A stretch of DNA of 63,635 nt, filler included, from Choristocarpus tenellus KU-1152 (Eukaryota > Protista > Phaeophyceae), in NCBI GenBank assembly GCA_964200185.2. It is 11 parts of 11 records of this genome, joined end to end, with 100 filler letters (N's around TTAATTAATTAA, not from the genome) between each part and the next. Parts side by side here need not be neighbours in the genome. Positions count along the whole stretch, not along the records: positions 1 to 8,443 come from CAXNAD020004704.1; positions 8,544 to 11,508 come from CAXNAD020023309.1; positions 11,609 to 14,860 come from CAXNAD020021251.1; 8 more parts are not named here. One strand, given 5' to 3'. Position 1 is the first letter of the stretch, and each line of letters opens with the position of its first letter. Of this stretch, positions 1 to 13,520 are shown piece after piece. The position numbers and the translations under genes were made by a program. The notes below the pieces were generated by a model, which was not told the origin of the DNA, did no database searches, and worked only from the letters and a program-made list of their open reading frames with translations.

Positions 1-95
1 GGTAGATGGTGGTGGGTGTTTGTTTTCTTTGTGACCTCTTGGTGTTGTGCGCGGGGGGGGGGGGGTTGTTTATCCACAAGTTATCCTCACGCCTA

Positions 96-126
<31 letters not shown>

Positions 127-516
127 AAGTCTCGGAAGTTCCTGTTTCTGTTTATACCGTGCCTACCAGGGTGTAATGTTTTTGCCTCAAAGTTAGTTCC
201 TTCCAGCACGCACAGAAACTCAATAGCATGGGGGGGCCTTCTTTGCTCACGGGTGGGTCTCTCGCCTGCTACGCACAATGGCCGAGGCAATGAATTGCGA
301 TGTCGACGGACAAAGAGCTGAAACCCCTTTCGTTGTATCCACGTCCATGTCGGGATATCGTCTCGGTCCGTTCGCCTGTGTTGTTTTGTGTTGTTTTGTT
401 TTGTTTTCAGATGGGGTTTTTTGGGTGTAGCATATATCCCTAGTACGCGAAGCAAAACCTTTGCCTCGCTGAAATTTTTGTTGTCTTGGAGTGCCCTGCC
501 GAGGATTTAACGTATT

Positions 517-556
517 GTATCGTATCGTATCGTATCGTATCGTATCGTATCGTATC
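517..556. repeat. (GTATC)n microsatellite; (GT)n at ~97-122 and (GTT)n at ~628-664 nearby
   Basis: Perfect pentanucleotide run read directly, upstream of the first visible GAPDH exon (probably intronic). Confidence 0.95.
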
Positions 557-1208
557 CGTGTGCTCCAAACGTGGGCCACCGGAGAGTCAGAGGGGCCCAT
601 TCATACTGGACAGCAGGCGTTGGCTCGTTGTTGTCATTGTTGTTGTTGTTGTTGTTGTTGTTGTACCCCATGGCAAGCAAGCAAGTTGAACGAACTTTTT
701 CCCCTCGTGCCCTTTCCGTTCCTGAGTGGCATCACCGATTGCTCTCCTCCTACATCTGCCGTACCCCCTCCCCCCTCCCCCACCTACCCAACCGGTGATC
801 CACGGCGCCATTCGAAANNNNNNNNNNCCCTCTCCTCTACCTTACAAACGGTTGATGATATGCCGTATTCGAGAAATACGTGTCTACACGACACGATGTA
901 CTCGAGGACTTACATTCGGAAGAAACTGTGCACACACGGTGACTCTTGACCTAGTACTCTCATCAAGTGAGGTCCTTCGGGTGCTCCCGCAGGGGTTTGT
1001 GGCGCCTTGGTTGGTGCCACCCACATCGCGCCACACAACAAAATCATTTCCTGTATGTAGGACAGCTGTTGCTCTGCACGCAATCAGGATCGGACGACCG
1101 GCACACTCCTTCCTTGCCCGTATACTTCCCCCCCCTCCTCTCCCCATAACCGTAACCTCAAGTCGTCACAAGAAGAAGCGACGGTAATGCCCCTCCCACC
1201 TCACCTAA

Positions 1209-2080
<872 letters not shown>

Positions 2081-3095
2081 TGGAGGAGGGCAAGTGGAAG
2101 ACATATTAGCATACACGCACCTCCCCCCCAGCACATCTGCTCATCTCCACCCACAAGAGTTTCTCAAGAACTGAGGAGTTAGGAAGGGTCGGTCCTGCAG
2201 GGTAAAATGACCGCATTGACTAAATGCGACATAGCATACTTGCATGCGCCATCCCTTACCTGTTGACCTTGCTGCTACTCTTGGTCCACACATCATAAAC
2301 AATGTTTGTGCACAACAATGGATGTTTCAATCACAGGCTACGTTGCCTAGGTACCTCCCATGCTTGGAAGGAAGGTTGTGTGCTGTGAGTGTGAAGAGCT
2401 TACTTGGTCCATGGATGACTTAATGTACTGCTGCTGGTGTGCCTCCATCTCTTTGTCGGTTGTGATTGCTACTTCAGTTAGTGGGTCAACCTCCATTCAA
2501 CTGTTTTTGTTGTCTAGGTTGGGTAAATTTCGTCAGTTTTTGGGGTGGGTGGGTTGGGGAGGGGGGAATGGTGTTAGATCATCACACCACACACATGTAT
2601 GCATCAAAAGCATCCAGCTAAGAATAAGAAGTAAGGTGTACGTATGACTTTTCTACAAGCACATACCTCGGAGATTCAGTTGTCGTGCCCTCCATAGATG
2701 ACTTCGGTTCGTTCTTTTGAGTACTTTAAAATAGCATTTAATATTTTTGCTCTATGCACTATGTTGTACAAAATTACTTTGAAATATATTGGTCATTGGG
2801 TGCGGTGCTTTTCCTTCTGTGGAGATATATCAACCTCTCTACCAGCCATGTTTCGTTGTGTCACTCCTGCTTATTTATACTTTTATGGATCTTGAAGGCG
2901 AGAGGGATTGACAGGTGATTATTAACCTTTTTTACATTGCAACATACTCACAAATATTTTCTTGCTAATTTTCTCCTCGAGCAAGCATTATGCCCAACTT
3001 GTGCATAAGGAGGCAGGGCAGTAGCAAGATGAAATGCCACCAAGATCTGGCAGTCAGTGAAAGGATTAGAATAGCGGCATGGCAGAGAGTGTGCT

Positions 3096-6000
3096 TTATT
3101 CTCTGCCGGACTTGTCAACAGTCACCATACCTGCAACAAACCAAGAGTTAGACTGAGCACTGCCCGAAGCCGATTTTTAATTAATGTGATCCAAATCGGT
3201 TTGAGGCTATCACACCTAACCGAAAAAGAAACAATGTACAAGCGTTGGGTTATATTCTAGTGCTGTTGCTTTTGAGACATAAAACCTCCACCAAACAAGT
3301 CAAATCAAATCCAATTTGTGGCATACAAATCAGTTTCCGACAATTAATGGCCGTTCCTGTCCTGTCATAAATCTGAATTGTGCATGTTGGATCACATCCT
3401 CATATATATATATATATCAAATATTTCAGAGTTATACTCTATTATTTGTGGATTCCAATCATTTGTACCCATTCATATATGTTTGAGTGATGTCGGACAA
3501 ACATTCCGACAACATGATGAGATGCTGATGAATCAAAACACTGTGATTTGTACTACTTGTGCTCGCAGTGGCGAATCATTGTGGAGGTTTTTATATATAT
3601 ATATATATATATTATGTCGACATAATGTGCCAAGGGATTCTTGGTCTTTCGTAGACAGGAGAGTGGTATGTACAAATATTCATATTAGTACGTGTTTCAT
3701 TTTTATTATTATTCCCTCTGACATTTTGTAGATGTGTCAGGGGGGAAACCATTGAAAACTATATACATGTCAGTATAAGCCCTAAAGAAATAAAATGTCA
3801 TAAATGTGAAAGACACTAATCTATTTGTTACTTCACCACTATCTATGTTGTATTACTGCCTTCATGTGTCTCCAATCTACACCTGTACCACGGGGGGAGG
3901 AGCGACATGTTTCATCGACCAGCAAGTGGTACGAGAAATATTTGTCTGTTTCTAACTTAGGAGTGGCGGTATCGATACGAATACTGACCGCCAATATGCA
4001 GGTGCACGTTTTCAACTTATTATATTAGCTTCCCCTGACACATCTACAAATGTGAGAGGGCATAACAATATAAAATATTCAAGGAGTCTCAACAGGTATC
4101 GAACCTGGGGACATGATACTCTAGAGATAAGATGTTACACGGTACCCTACTTAACCCACTGAGTGCCAACTTAGAGGGTAGGTGATATTATTTATACTAT
4201 CATCATAAGAACAAAGTAACCAACTGCTTCCTGATTTACGTAATTATAGTAGAAGCAACCTAAGATTTGTACACAATTTGTGCAGTACAACTGAGTTAAA
4301 TCATGATTTGTCTGACGTGTGAGGACCTCAAAAGTTCCACCATTTCCTGTGAAACAGGGTTGACCTAGGAAGACACCAAATCCTTAGGAGATGCCTATAC
4401 ATGATGGCAACCAAATGTAACTGCCTGCTCCTGCCTGGGAACACGGTCCTCTCTCCTAGACCCCGAGTGCCCATCTGTCGTTCGTGTTCGCTCTACCAGT
4501 AATTCTGTCTGTTCCTGTAGTAGTACGTCTCCGTTGACCATCCAGTTGAAGTGCTCTTTTGGAGAAAGCTTGCCATCATTGGACAGGAAAAGGTGTGATG
4601 TAGGACCCAGGAGCTCGGATGTTCCACAGTAAGTAACAGACCCGGGTGATGGTTCCGTCCCCATTCCAAACCTTGCAGGACTAACTTCACACACAGTTCG
4701 TAGTTTGCTGGAGGTGTCCTTTACTGCAGCCTCTATTGCATTTTGCTGCTTACTATTTCGAAGTGCATGTATATATGTGTGTAATGCAGACTCTGGTGGC
4801 TAGACATGTTGAAGCTGTTGATGGCTATAGACTCGGTCGTGTCCAAACTTGGTTGTACATGACCTGTCAGCGGATATGGTCATGTTGAGTAGTTAGGGGC
4901 ATGAACTTGGCTATGTTGGAACAATTTATATATGGTCAGCTAGGAACTATTTTTTGAGACGTGGGCAAGCCACATCATGGTCATGCCTCCCTATTCTCCA
5001 CTCAACGTCTATCTTGTATCTTATACTATTTTAAGTACTAAATACTAAATGTGTCGATATTTCTATACTATTTCTTATTTAAATACTTAATAGACTATTT
5101 TTATACCTCATAGACTCTTCTACTTGTTAAAGAATGTGTTGAATCCCAAACTTGATATAGAAATGTGTAGATTAATTCCTTCTCAATTATGTTGCATAAG
5201 GTAGAAAATTATAATGAGAAACACCATTCAAGCGGTAGGAGGTTGTGCTTGTCACCAAATCATTCATTTTCTATTAATCAGTCATCACTTATCAAAGATT
5301 CCTCTCAAAAATGCTTCCTATTCCTGAACTCTTCCATATTCTAGTTCTTAAATCCAAACACATCTACTGTCCTTCAGAACACAAACATTGTCTCGTCATT
5401 CTTAGTTTGTTTCTTCTACAGAATATTCTTTCAACAAAAAGCATTGATTGCATACGTCGGATGGTTACTGTTTATTCATTTTTCCTGATTTGTTGTATTT
5501 GGGTGACTGAGGTGATTTTGTTACTTCAAGATGGAGTATTTTGAACACTATAGACTACATTTCGACATTCATTCTCAACGGCCAGCCGATTAGCTCCATG
5601 GTCAAGCCAAGATCAAGAACCTGGTCCCATTTAAGTCACTGGTCGTCTTCATCGCCACTATGCCTTCATCAGGTCACAATGATGAAATGAAGAAAAATCC
5701 TGGATACAAACTGCAAAGATATCAATAACAAAGGTTTGGAATAATTTGGTCGAACATTAAGTATGTTCGTGAATCACAGGAACTTCCACAAGGATTTACG
5801 TTTTGAGACCCTACCTGAACCAAAGTCAGGCACCATTGAGGTAGGACTAATGCGCTTCCCAGCGTATCTACCTCTGCTCGCAGTTGTTTTCTTTTGAAAA
5901 ATTATCGAGCTTGAACGGGGATATCATTAGCACTGGTTGGAATGAGCTCGAAATCATTAAATTTGTAGCTGCAAGGTCCCAAGACCATCACCAAAGGGTA

Positions 6001-7387
6001 CAAGAGGGCACGGGTGATTACAGTCCCATTCAATTATTTGAGGGGAAATTGATCTACAAGCAGAAGTAAGTTTAAAACTCCGTGATTATACCTAGGGAAC
6101 TTTCCGTCACCCTATTATATAGAGAGTATTTCCGATCCATTAGGGAAGTTGAATAGAGATTGGACTTCAGCACTCCTATCACAGCAGCTCTGCGTGGGGC
6201 AATTACTTTTTTGCTCGCCTGAGATTCCACGGCAGGCGGTGCAAACTCTCTTTTGAACAGGCTGTTCAGTTGAACTATCCCATCATCGCAATAGGGGGGA
6301 ACTGGACTGGTCAGCTCGCCTCTTAGACGTTATGTATGTTTTATGGACAGAGCGTGAAGGTGTGAGGAATTGCTACTGCCTGCATTCCGCAAGGAGAACT
6401 ATACGCAGAGTGGTAGAATAGTATGTGGCGACGGTATCAAGCCATAATAGAGGGTAGGAAGGTGTCACCCATGATCCCTGTGAACGAGGAGACACTAGAG
6501 TAGTAGTAGAGTGAACGAGAAGATGAGAAAAAGTATCTTAGAGGGTACGAGTTTTGCCCTATTTGTCCATTTGGGGCTTGGCTTCCCATGTTTTTTTTAT
6601 GACATTTTCCAACTCAATAATATTTCGGAGTAGGTAAAATGTGTATGTTATGAAAAGGTGTGTCTGGAACAAGGATGTTGACACTTCCTAACAAAACACA
6701 ATATTACATGCAAATCGGAACATTGGATTTTGACCCCCAAATGGACGCGGCCCTACCCTCTAAGATGATTTGGCTCAGATGCCGACCTGGACAACACGTA
6801 CAACATGACACAGACATGCTCCCCTTCCACACTCTACCTCATACCTAACAGTCAGCCACAGTAAAGAACACCCTGTGAGAGTAGCATGCATAATGTTTGC
6901 AGACGAAGTAGATCTAGGAATACTACAGCTTTATCTATTGTTGTTCAATTTTATATGGTCCGATCTATGAACTTCAGGTGAACAACTCAATCTAGAAGGA
7001 TATACGTTTGTCTAGGGTTAGCCTTAGGATTCAAACGATAAATGCACCATGGATACCATCTAATAGTATCGATACTGGAACAGCCAACCCACTTACCTGC
7101 CTCCAACTTACGCCTTAAATCATGAAAACCATCACTCCCAGTACAAGGCGCGAAGCAACTGCTGGCACCCCCTTGGCAACATTTGCATTATGGACACCAC
7201 ATTGAAAGCAGCAGGAGGTTGGATTAGCACTTTATTAAAAACAAAAATGAGGGATGGAGGGAGGGGAAAATCAGACCCCTTCTCCTTCTTGCGTGATGAC
7301 CTTCTCCTGAAAGTCTAACGCCAACTACCGCACCACCATGCCATCGATTGACTCTCCAACCACCGGCGCCCCTTCCTCTATATCAGC
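3096..7387 (-). CDS. Possible 3' end of an unidentified gene convergent with GAPDH (candidate exons ~7387-7330, ~7160-7097, 3130-3096)
   Basis: Strong donor G|GTAAGT at 7097 (phase 1, ...FHDLRRKLEA) is phase-compatible with acceptor TTGCAG at 3131, giving GMVTVDKSGRE-stop. No homology recognised. Confidence 0.3.
3714..4060. mobile_element. Non-autonomous element with ~30-bp inverted ends that are each self-complementary (family C)
   Basis: Left CCCTCTGACATTTTGTAGATGTGTCAGGGG; right CCCCTGACACATCTACAAATGTGAGAGGG (reverse complement). Homologous ends at 56296, 60654, 60910, 61059-61092 and 61210. Confidence 0.75.
4083..4171 (-). pseudogene. tRNA-derived (SINE-head-like) relic
   Basis: Minus strand shows A-box-like TGGCACTCAGTGG and B-box GGTTCGATACC with a T-stem. 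No clean cloverleaf. Confidence 0.45.
6525..6776. mobile_element. MITE family A (~250-260 bp, Sola-like)
   Basis: Ends GAGAAAAAGTATCTTAGAGGGTA...TACCCTCTAAGATGATTTGGCTC, flanked by perfect 4-bp TSD AGAT. Confidence 0.9.
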
Positions 7388-8391
7388 CTGCCCAAGAAGG
7401 ACAAAGCACAAAAGAAACACAGTGGACCAGCATAAGCCCAAAAATTATTTCAGAGTCTCAGGATGTACAGGTTATCGGGGCAGGATGTCATAGGTCTAGA
7501 GGTAGAAGTATTGTTTGTGCTGAGTGCATCCAGTTACACTGCTCCGTAGATAACACTCCTCCTGAAAACAAATCGACCTGAGTTCTTGAGCAAACACTAA
7601 GGCTGCCTTGTCATCTCATCAAGTAAGGTGAGATACGGAGCGCTGAGACGGTTGTTGATGTTCAATACTCTAGTTCAAGGCTACCATTTAGCAGATACTC
7701 TAACTATTTTTGAAGGCAACAAGACCAGGGCCCTGCCAGACACACGTAATAAACAGAAATTCCGGTCCTGGATCAAGCATACACTCAATTGTTTGTGGCA
7801 AACAGTTGGATGGGAGAAGGGGACTCAGAAGGAGGGTGTGGTGATGTCTGACTATAGTTACAAATATCCACAAGTAGCATCGGTTCTGGCGATAGCTATA
7901 TGCATTACTACTTGAAAATGCTGTCTAAAGGATAGCAAAACTCCAGACTACTATGAAAAAAATTAAAACATCCAACAGGTATCATACCCCGATAAAATCA
8001 ACGGAAGGAATCATTACAATTTAGAGGAAGGGGAAAGGGTGTTATAGTGGGTGTACCAATAAAAGAGAGGGTAGGGACAATCGGAAAAACCTCTCTTATA
8101 TCATGATCCTCTCTGATTATAGATAAGAGCGCTTTTCTCTTAAACTGAATGATCTTATATCAAGCAACAGTGTCGTAGGCTCTTTATACACTTGTCCCCA
8201 AACGACAACAGAGCGGCGCCCTTGCTGTATGTGCTTCCCATGTGCGTTCAAGAGTAGGTACATGTAAATATGTAGTAAACATTGCCCTCGATAAGCCTAT
8301 TCCGATGAAGCTGTGATGGTGCATCATGCACAACATCTACACCACCCCTGTACAGTGTACCAGTGTCATACGTGTACAGTATTGTAGCTTT

Positions 8392-8443
8392 GAGTGAAAC
8401 TATCTTAGAGGGTACGAATTTTTCCCTGTTTGTCCATTTGGGG
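8392..8443. mobile_element. MITE family A end truncated by contig break
   Basis: GAGTGAAACTATCTTAGAGGGTACGAA...GTCCATTTGGGG then Ns. Confidence 0.8.
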
Positions 8444-8543
8444 NNNNNNNNNNNNNNNNNNNNNNNNNNNNNNNNNNNNNNNNNNNNTTAATTAATTAAN
8501 NNNNNNNNNNNNNNNNNNNNNNNNNNNNNNNNNNNNNNNNNNN
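8444..8543. other. Artificial contig linker N44-TTAATTAATTAA-N44; same linker at 11509-11608, 14861-14960, 24207-24306, 30848-30947, 34018-34117, 38175-38274, 42128-42227, 45713-45812, 59054-59153
   Basis: Same 100-bp spacer, with stop codons in all six frames, occurs ten times. Confidence 0.98.
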
Positions 8544-9518
8544 GGGGGGGGTGAGGGGGGGAGTTAACACAACGCTACTCTGTTGTTGGAAAAAATAAAA
8601 ATTTAAAGTACTGAGGTGTGTTGGAGAAGGTAGGTTGTGTGGGTACGTGACACGTTTTTGTTAACTTTTTTTCTTTTTAATTTTTAATTTTTTTGGGGAA
8701 TAAAATGATGTTATTGGACTGCTCCCCCTTATGCATCGCTCCACATCAAACTCAAATGTTATCCTGCTGGTACTACCTCTGTGGACAAAAGACAGCACCA
8801 CCTGTCTTGAAATTCAGTTAGTCAATTTTTTTACTTCAGACAGGGGTGGGAGGGGGGGGGGGGGGGGGGGGGGGGGCGTTTTTTTTTTTTTTAAAATTTT
8901 TTTTTTAACTTTTGAAAAAAAAAGAGGAAGGGTTTGGGAAACGGAANNNNNNNNNNCCACGACATGACTGTTTTTGTGTGTGGGGGGGTTGAGGGGGGGG
9001 GGGATGAGGGGGTCCGTGTTGTGGGGTGGTGGGGCAGGCTGGTCGATTTTTTTTTTTCCAAGAATTTTTTTTCAACGTTTGAAAAAGAAAGAGGAAGGCG
9101 TTCGGGTAGAGGGCATCGTTAAGGATGAGTTCCTCTCTTGAAATTGAATATTCAAGAATGTTCAAGACATACAGTCAAGATACAAAATGCACTTCTCAGA
9201 TGTGGAGATCTGAACTCAAAGAAAAATGACCTTTAAGAGTCAATGGGGCCCTATAGATTCAGCTGCAGCACTAGATATTTGGTGGTAGCTCCCCCCCCCC
9301 CTTCCCCTCTCAATTTCTTCGGCTCAGGCTTAAAATGCAGTAAGAGATTATGGTATTGTAGGGTTCTACTTTTCACACTTTAGTTCTACTTTGTCAAGGG
9401 ATGAATGAGAACTGTTGCCACTTGCTTTGGTGTTTAGCAAGAAGGGGGGGGTGGGGGGGGGGTGCCTCTTCACACTGTGGATGAGGTGGGTAGCAGCACG
9501 ATCATACTGCATTTATAA

Positions 9519-9830
9519 TTAGGGTTAGGGCCAGAAGTGCGTACCGCTTTTGAGACCTATTGGAACAGGCTGCTGTACCACTGTATGCAGAGTGTCTTGT
9601 GTTTGTAGTTTTGTTGGACCTTAACCCTAGCCCTAACCCTAACCCTAAGCTGCAGCGGAGAGAGAGGGCCTGCTGTTGTGCTATTGGAGGTATTGCTATT
9701 GTACTGGTGCTTATTATTATTATTTTATTTTTGATTCGTGTATTGGTGAACCTAATCCTATTGGACAGGGCTGTGTTACGCTGCTTTAAAAAAAATGAAA
9801 GTCTTTTCACTAACCCTAACCCTAACCCGA
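9519..9830. repeat. Short interstitial TTAGGG/CCCTAA telomere-type tracts
   Basis: TTAGGGTTAGGG at ~9519; TAACCCTAGCCCTAACCCTAACCCTAA at ~9622; TAACCCTAACCCTAACCC at ~9811. Confidence 0.8.
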
Positions 9831-10639
9831 ACTCTGTAGGAGGAAGCTCTGTTCTACTAGTGTGCGTATACTGTTACATATATATATATATTATTATTAT
9901 TATTATCGAAAAAAATTGAAGAAACCAATCTCAACCTCATGAGAGGTTTGTTTTAATATCTATGTTTTATATTATTTACATTAATTAGCATAGGCAACAA
10001 AAATCTCTGTGTGAGACAGTTTTACAAAGATAAAAACAAAACAAAAATAATAATAGTAATGATAATGTTACAGCAAAACCACAACTAAAAAATACATACT
10101 ATGAAACACGCCTGCTCCACCGCTCTACTCCAACTCAAACATGTGGAGAGATAGAGGGAGGGGACTCCAAAGATGCCTAAGACCCGATGATAGTCCCAAC
10201 AAACCAGAGACTGCAATAGACTAAATGGGAAGAGAGGTTTTGGTTGGTTGGTTGGTTGGTTGGGTTGGTTTTGAAAGTATGTAGGATATGCCATTGATGG
10301 TGGGATCCAAAATCCCACTGCGTGTGGTTGGTTCTATAACCTCTTCGTTAAATGAAACCGTTAAATGAAACTGTTCTAAACTCTTAAGATTGCACTGTTC
10401 AGTTCGGATCCCCTTGTACATCACCTTCTCTTTTGGTTTCTTTTTATTTACATGCTGCTGAAGAGCATCTATCTCACCCGCTTGACTTACTGCTGTATAT
10501 ATGTCTGTATACATATATGTGTTTATGTGTATGTATATATATATATTTGTGTGTATATGTATAATGTGATTGTGTTTGTTCCTCTCTGTCTATCTTGTCT
10601 ATCTTATCTATTTATTTTTTTATTTTTTTATTTTTTCAG

Positions 10640-11059
10640 AAAAACGCCAAGGGGGGAGTGATGTCGAAACCCTCCCGGAGGAAGGAGGACCTGCTGGTGC
10701 CTGTTGAAGAAAGGTAAGAAGGGGTTTGTTAGTTTGGTTGTTGGCGTCATTGCAACATGTGATAGCAATGATGATAATAATAATAATAATAATAGTAGTA
10801 GTAATAATAATGATCTTTATTTTTATCTCCTCGAACCAGTCGCTCTTACTTCGAGGAGATGTTACCTTCAATACGCCAGAACAAATGTCATACGAATATC
10901 AGATTCTTTGATATGGGTTACCTTCAGGGTATACCTTCTTTGGAAGATGGCTCTCACAGAAATGCTAATTGTGTTAGCACCAATAAAAACATTTTCAATG
11001 ATAATAATAATTGCTTTAGACTGGCATTGTTTTTATTACTGATATGGTCAGAGAGATAG
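10640..11059 (+). CDS. Two candidate 3' exons of an unidentified gene (10640-10713, 10840-11059)
   Basis: TTTTTTCAG acceptor, KNAKGGVMSKPSRRKEDLLVPVEE, AG|GTAAG donor (phase 2), compatible CCAG acceptor, then SRSYFEEMLPSIRQ...-stop. These are higher-complexity islands in low-complexity DNA. No homology recognised. Confidence 0.4.
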
Positions 11060-12404
11060 GAGGCGTTCTTAGGCCGTCTCTTGTGGTGTATGAAAATCGG
11101 GTGCTTTAAAAAAAAAAAAAAGTGTGTGAATACGGGGCTATTTTTTCACCTGCTTTATGTGACTGATTTATATTTGTACCCCCCTGACTTCTGATTTGCT
11201 ACCACCGGGGAGAGGGAGTAGCTGCGTGTAATATTGGTTCTCATACCTGATCAAGTTGTTAGAGAGTCAAATATATATATATATATATATTTATTTATTT
11301 TTGAGGAAAGTGCAATGCATAAAATTAAAATTGGTACTACAGGCGTAAAATGCATTTTTTTTTAAATGTTTTTTTTTTTTTGAGAGATGTTTTTGGTGTC
11401 TGATTTTTTTAAAAGATTTTTATACGTAGTGAGTGCTATATAAAAATTAAAAAAAAAAAAAAAAAAAAAAATTCCAAGAGAACCCTTTTTTTTTTTGGTG
11501 TGTGTGGGNNNNNNNNNNNNNNNNNNNNNNNNNNNNNNNNNNNNNNNNNNNNTTAATTAATTAANNNNNNNNNNNNNNNNNNNNNNNNNNNNNNNNNNNN
11601 NNNNNNNNGTGATATCACCCTTTTTAGATCAGAAGAACGGTAATTGTTTGTGTGATCCCAATGGTGTACACACCACCTCTCCACAGTGGCGATATCACCA
11701 TTTTATATTCCATGCCCTGTACTTGTTTGTGCTCCAAAGCGTGTACATGCGACCCTTTCACGGTGGGGATTCTAGCATTTGTAGATTCGATGCTCAATGT
11801 TACAGGGCACCAGTTTTCCCTGTCTGTCCTTTTGGGGCTCCACTGGACACAGCTTATGAAGGACTTTATTCATTTGCTCGAAACCTTTTTTACAGATGTA
11901 CAATATTGAGAAAGGAGTGTTGGTCATGTGGTTATATTCACATAATATACATAAATTAAAGAGGGCAATAAGGATGATAGCAAAAAAACAACATTCGAAT
12001 TCGGTCACACAAAATGAACGCAACCCTACCACTAACATATTACGACCAGCACCCATGATACCAACCCTAGCCCCGACAGAAATAAATAACCCACCACATT
12101 TTCAACACTTATCCAAATCTGCAATTTACAGATTTCATCTCGGATCGAAAATGTTGTCATAGAATAAATCGAAAGGCTCCTAGACGAAAGGGCCACTACA
12201 GCAAATTTGACCGAACCCTTTTCGATATTTGGAACATGTGTTGCTGTCACTTTCGATGGGAGTAATCAGACAATTGGTTCGAAATAGAAGGAAGATTCCA
12301 CGATACAATTTCGCGCGCCACGACATCCGTCCGTCCAGGATGACGTGGTAACACTTTCGATATACGCATGTAAAGGCTCCGATAATTTTGGAACATTTCC
12401 GATA

Positions 12405-13520
12405 AGGTTCAAATCGGTAATATAAATATACACCCCCGAACCGTCTTGGAGGTGCTACGGAATTTGATGGCCTCTGCCGTTCGTCAGAACACATGAAATT
12501 CATTCATTATTACAATAATAGTGTCAATCGCAAACCCGCGCGTGATTCCTCTCCCAACATCCATCTGGTTCAGCACGTAAATTCCTTTCATCTTCATCTA
12601 TCACTCTCTCGGTTCGACGTTATGTGAATCTGCTCGGGTTGTTGCAAGTTCAAATCGACACACATACCCCCGAACCTTTTTGGACGTGCTACGGAATTTG
12701 ATGGCCTCTGCCGTTGGTCAGAACACATGAAATTCATTCATTCTCATCATCCTAGCGTGAAGCGCAAACCCGTGCGTGATTCCTCTCCCAACATCCAATC
12801 CGGGTCAACACGTAAATTCCTTTAATCTTCTTCTATCACTTTATCGGTTAGACCTTTAGTTTAATCTGCTCTGTTTGTTACAAGTTCAAATCGACACAGA
12901 CAACCCCGAACCGTTTTGGATTTGGTACGGAATTTGATGGCCTCTGCCGTTGGTCAGAACACAGGAAATTCATTCCTTATTATCAGCCTAGTGTGAAGCG
13001 CAAACCCGTGCGTGATTCCTCTCCCAACATCTAATCCGGGTCAGCACGTAAGTTCGTTTCATCTTCTTTTATCACTCTCTTGGTTAGACGTTATGTTTAC
13101 ATGCTCGGGTTGTTACAAGTTCAAATCGACACACACACCCTCGACCTTCTAGCTGCGCTCCTTTATTTCATCGCCTTTGCCGTTGGTCAGAACACATGAA
13201 ACTATTTCATTATTATCATCCTAGTGTCACGCGCAAACCTGCGCGTGATTCCTCTCCCAACATCTAATCCGGGTCAGCGCGTAAATTCGTTTAATCTTCT
13301 TCTATCACTCTCTTGGTTAGACATTACGTTTATCTGCTCGGGTTGTTACAAGTTCGAATCGACACACACGTGCTCGACCATATAGCCGCGCTTCTTTATT
13401 TAATGGCCTCTGCCGTTGGTCAGAACACATGAAATCCATTCATTATTATCAGCCTAGTGTCAAGCGCAAACCCGTGCATGATTGCCCCTGCTACATCTGA
13501 TCTTGATCTGCGCGTAGGTT
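12405..13520. repeat. Tandem array of ~4.5-5 copies of a ~234-bp unit
   Basis: Anchor GTCAGAACAC recurs at 12483, 12717, 12953, 13186 and 13419 (periods 234, 236, 233, 233). Conserved blocks include GTGATTCCTCTCCCAACATC and CAAGTTCAAATCGACAC. Confidence 0.95.

Noticed and set aside
16-1187. Many overlapping ORFs at window start (VCVC, IVSYR, poly-C/V/L)
   Set aside because: Translations of microsatellites; no upstream GAPDH exon could be recognised.
4395-6500. Coding-like stretches, possibly old retroelement
   Set aside because: No diagnostic motif recognised; too decayed to call.
8444-8543. Regularly recurring TTAATTAATTAA palindrome as a biological motif
   Set aside because: Always centred in 44+44 Ns. 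It is an artificial six-frame-stop contig linker, and ORFs ending in it are artefacts.
12405-13520. Array as a CRISPR locus or coding repeat
   Set aside because: Whole 234-bp units are homologous with no unique spacers, unit lengths are not all multiples of three, and no cas-like genes are present.
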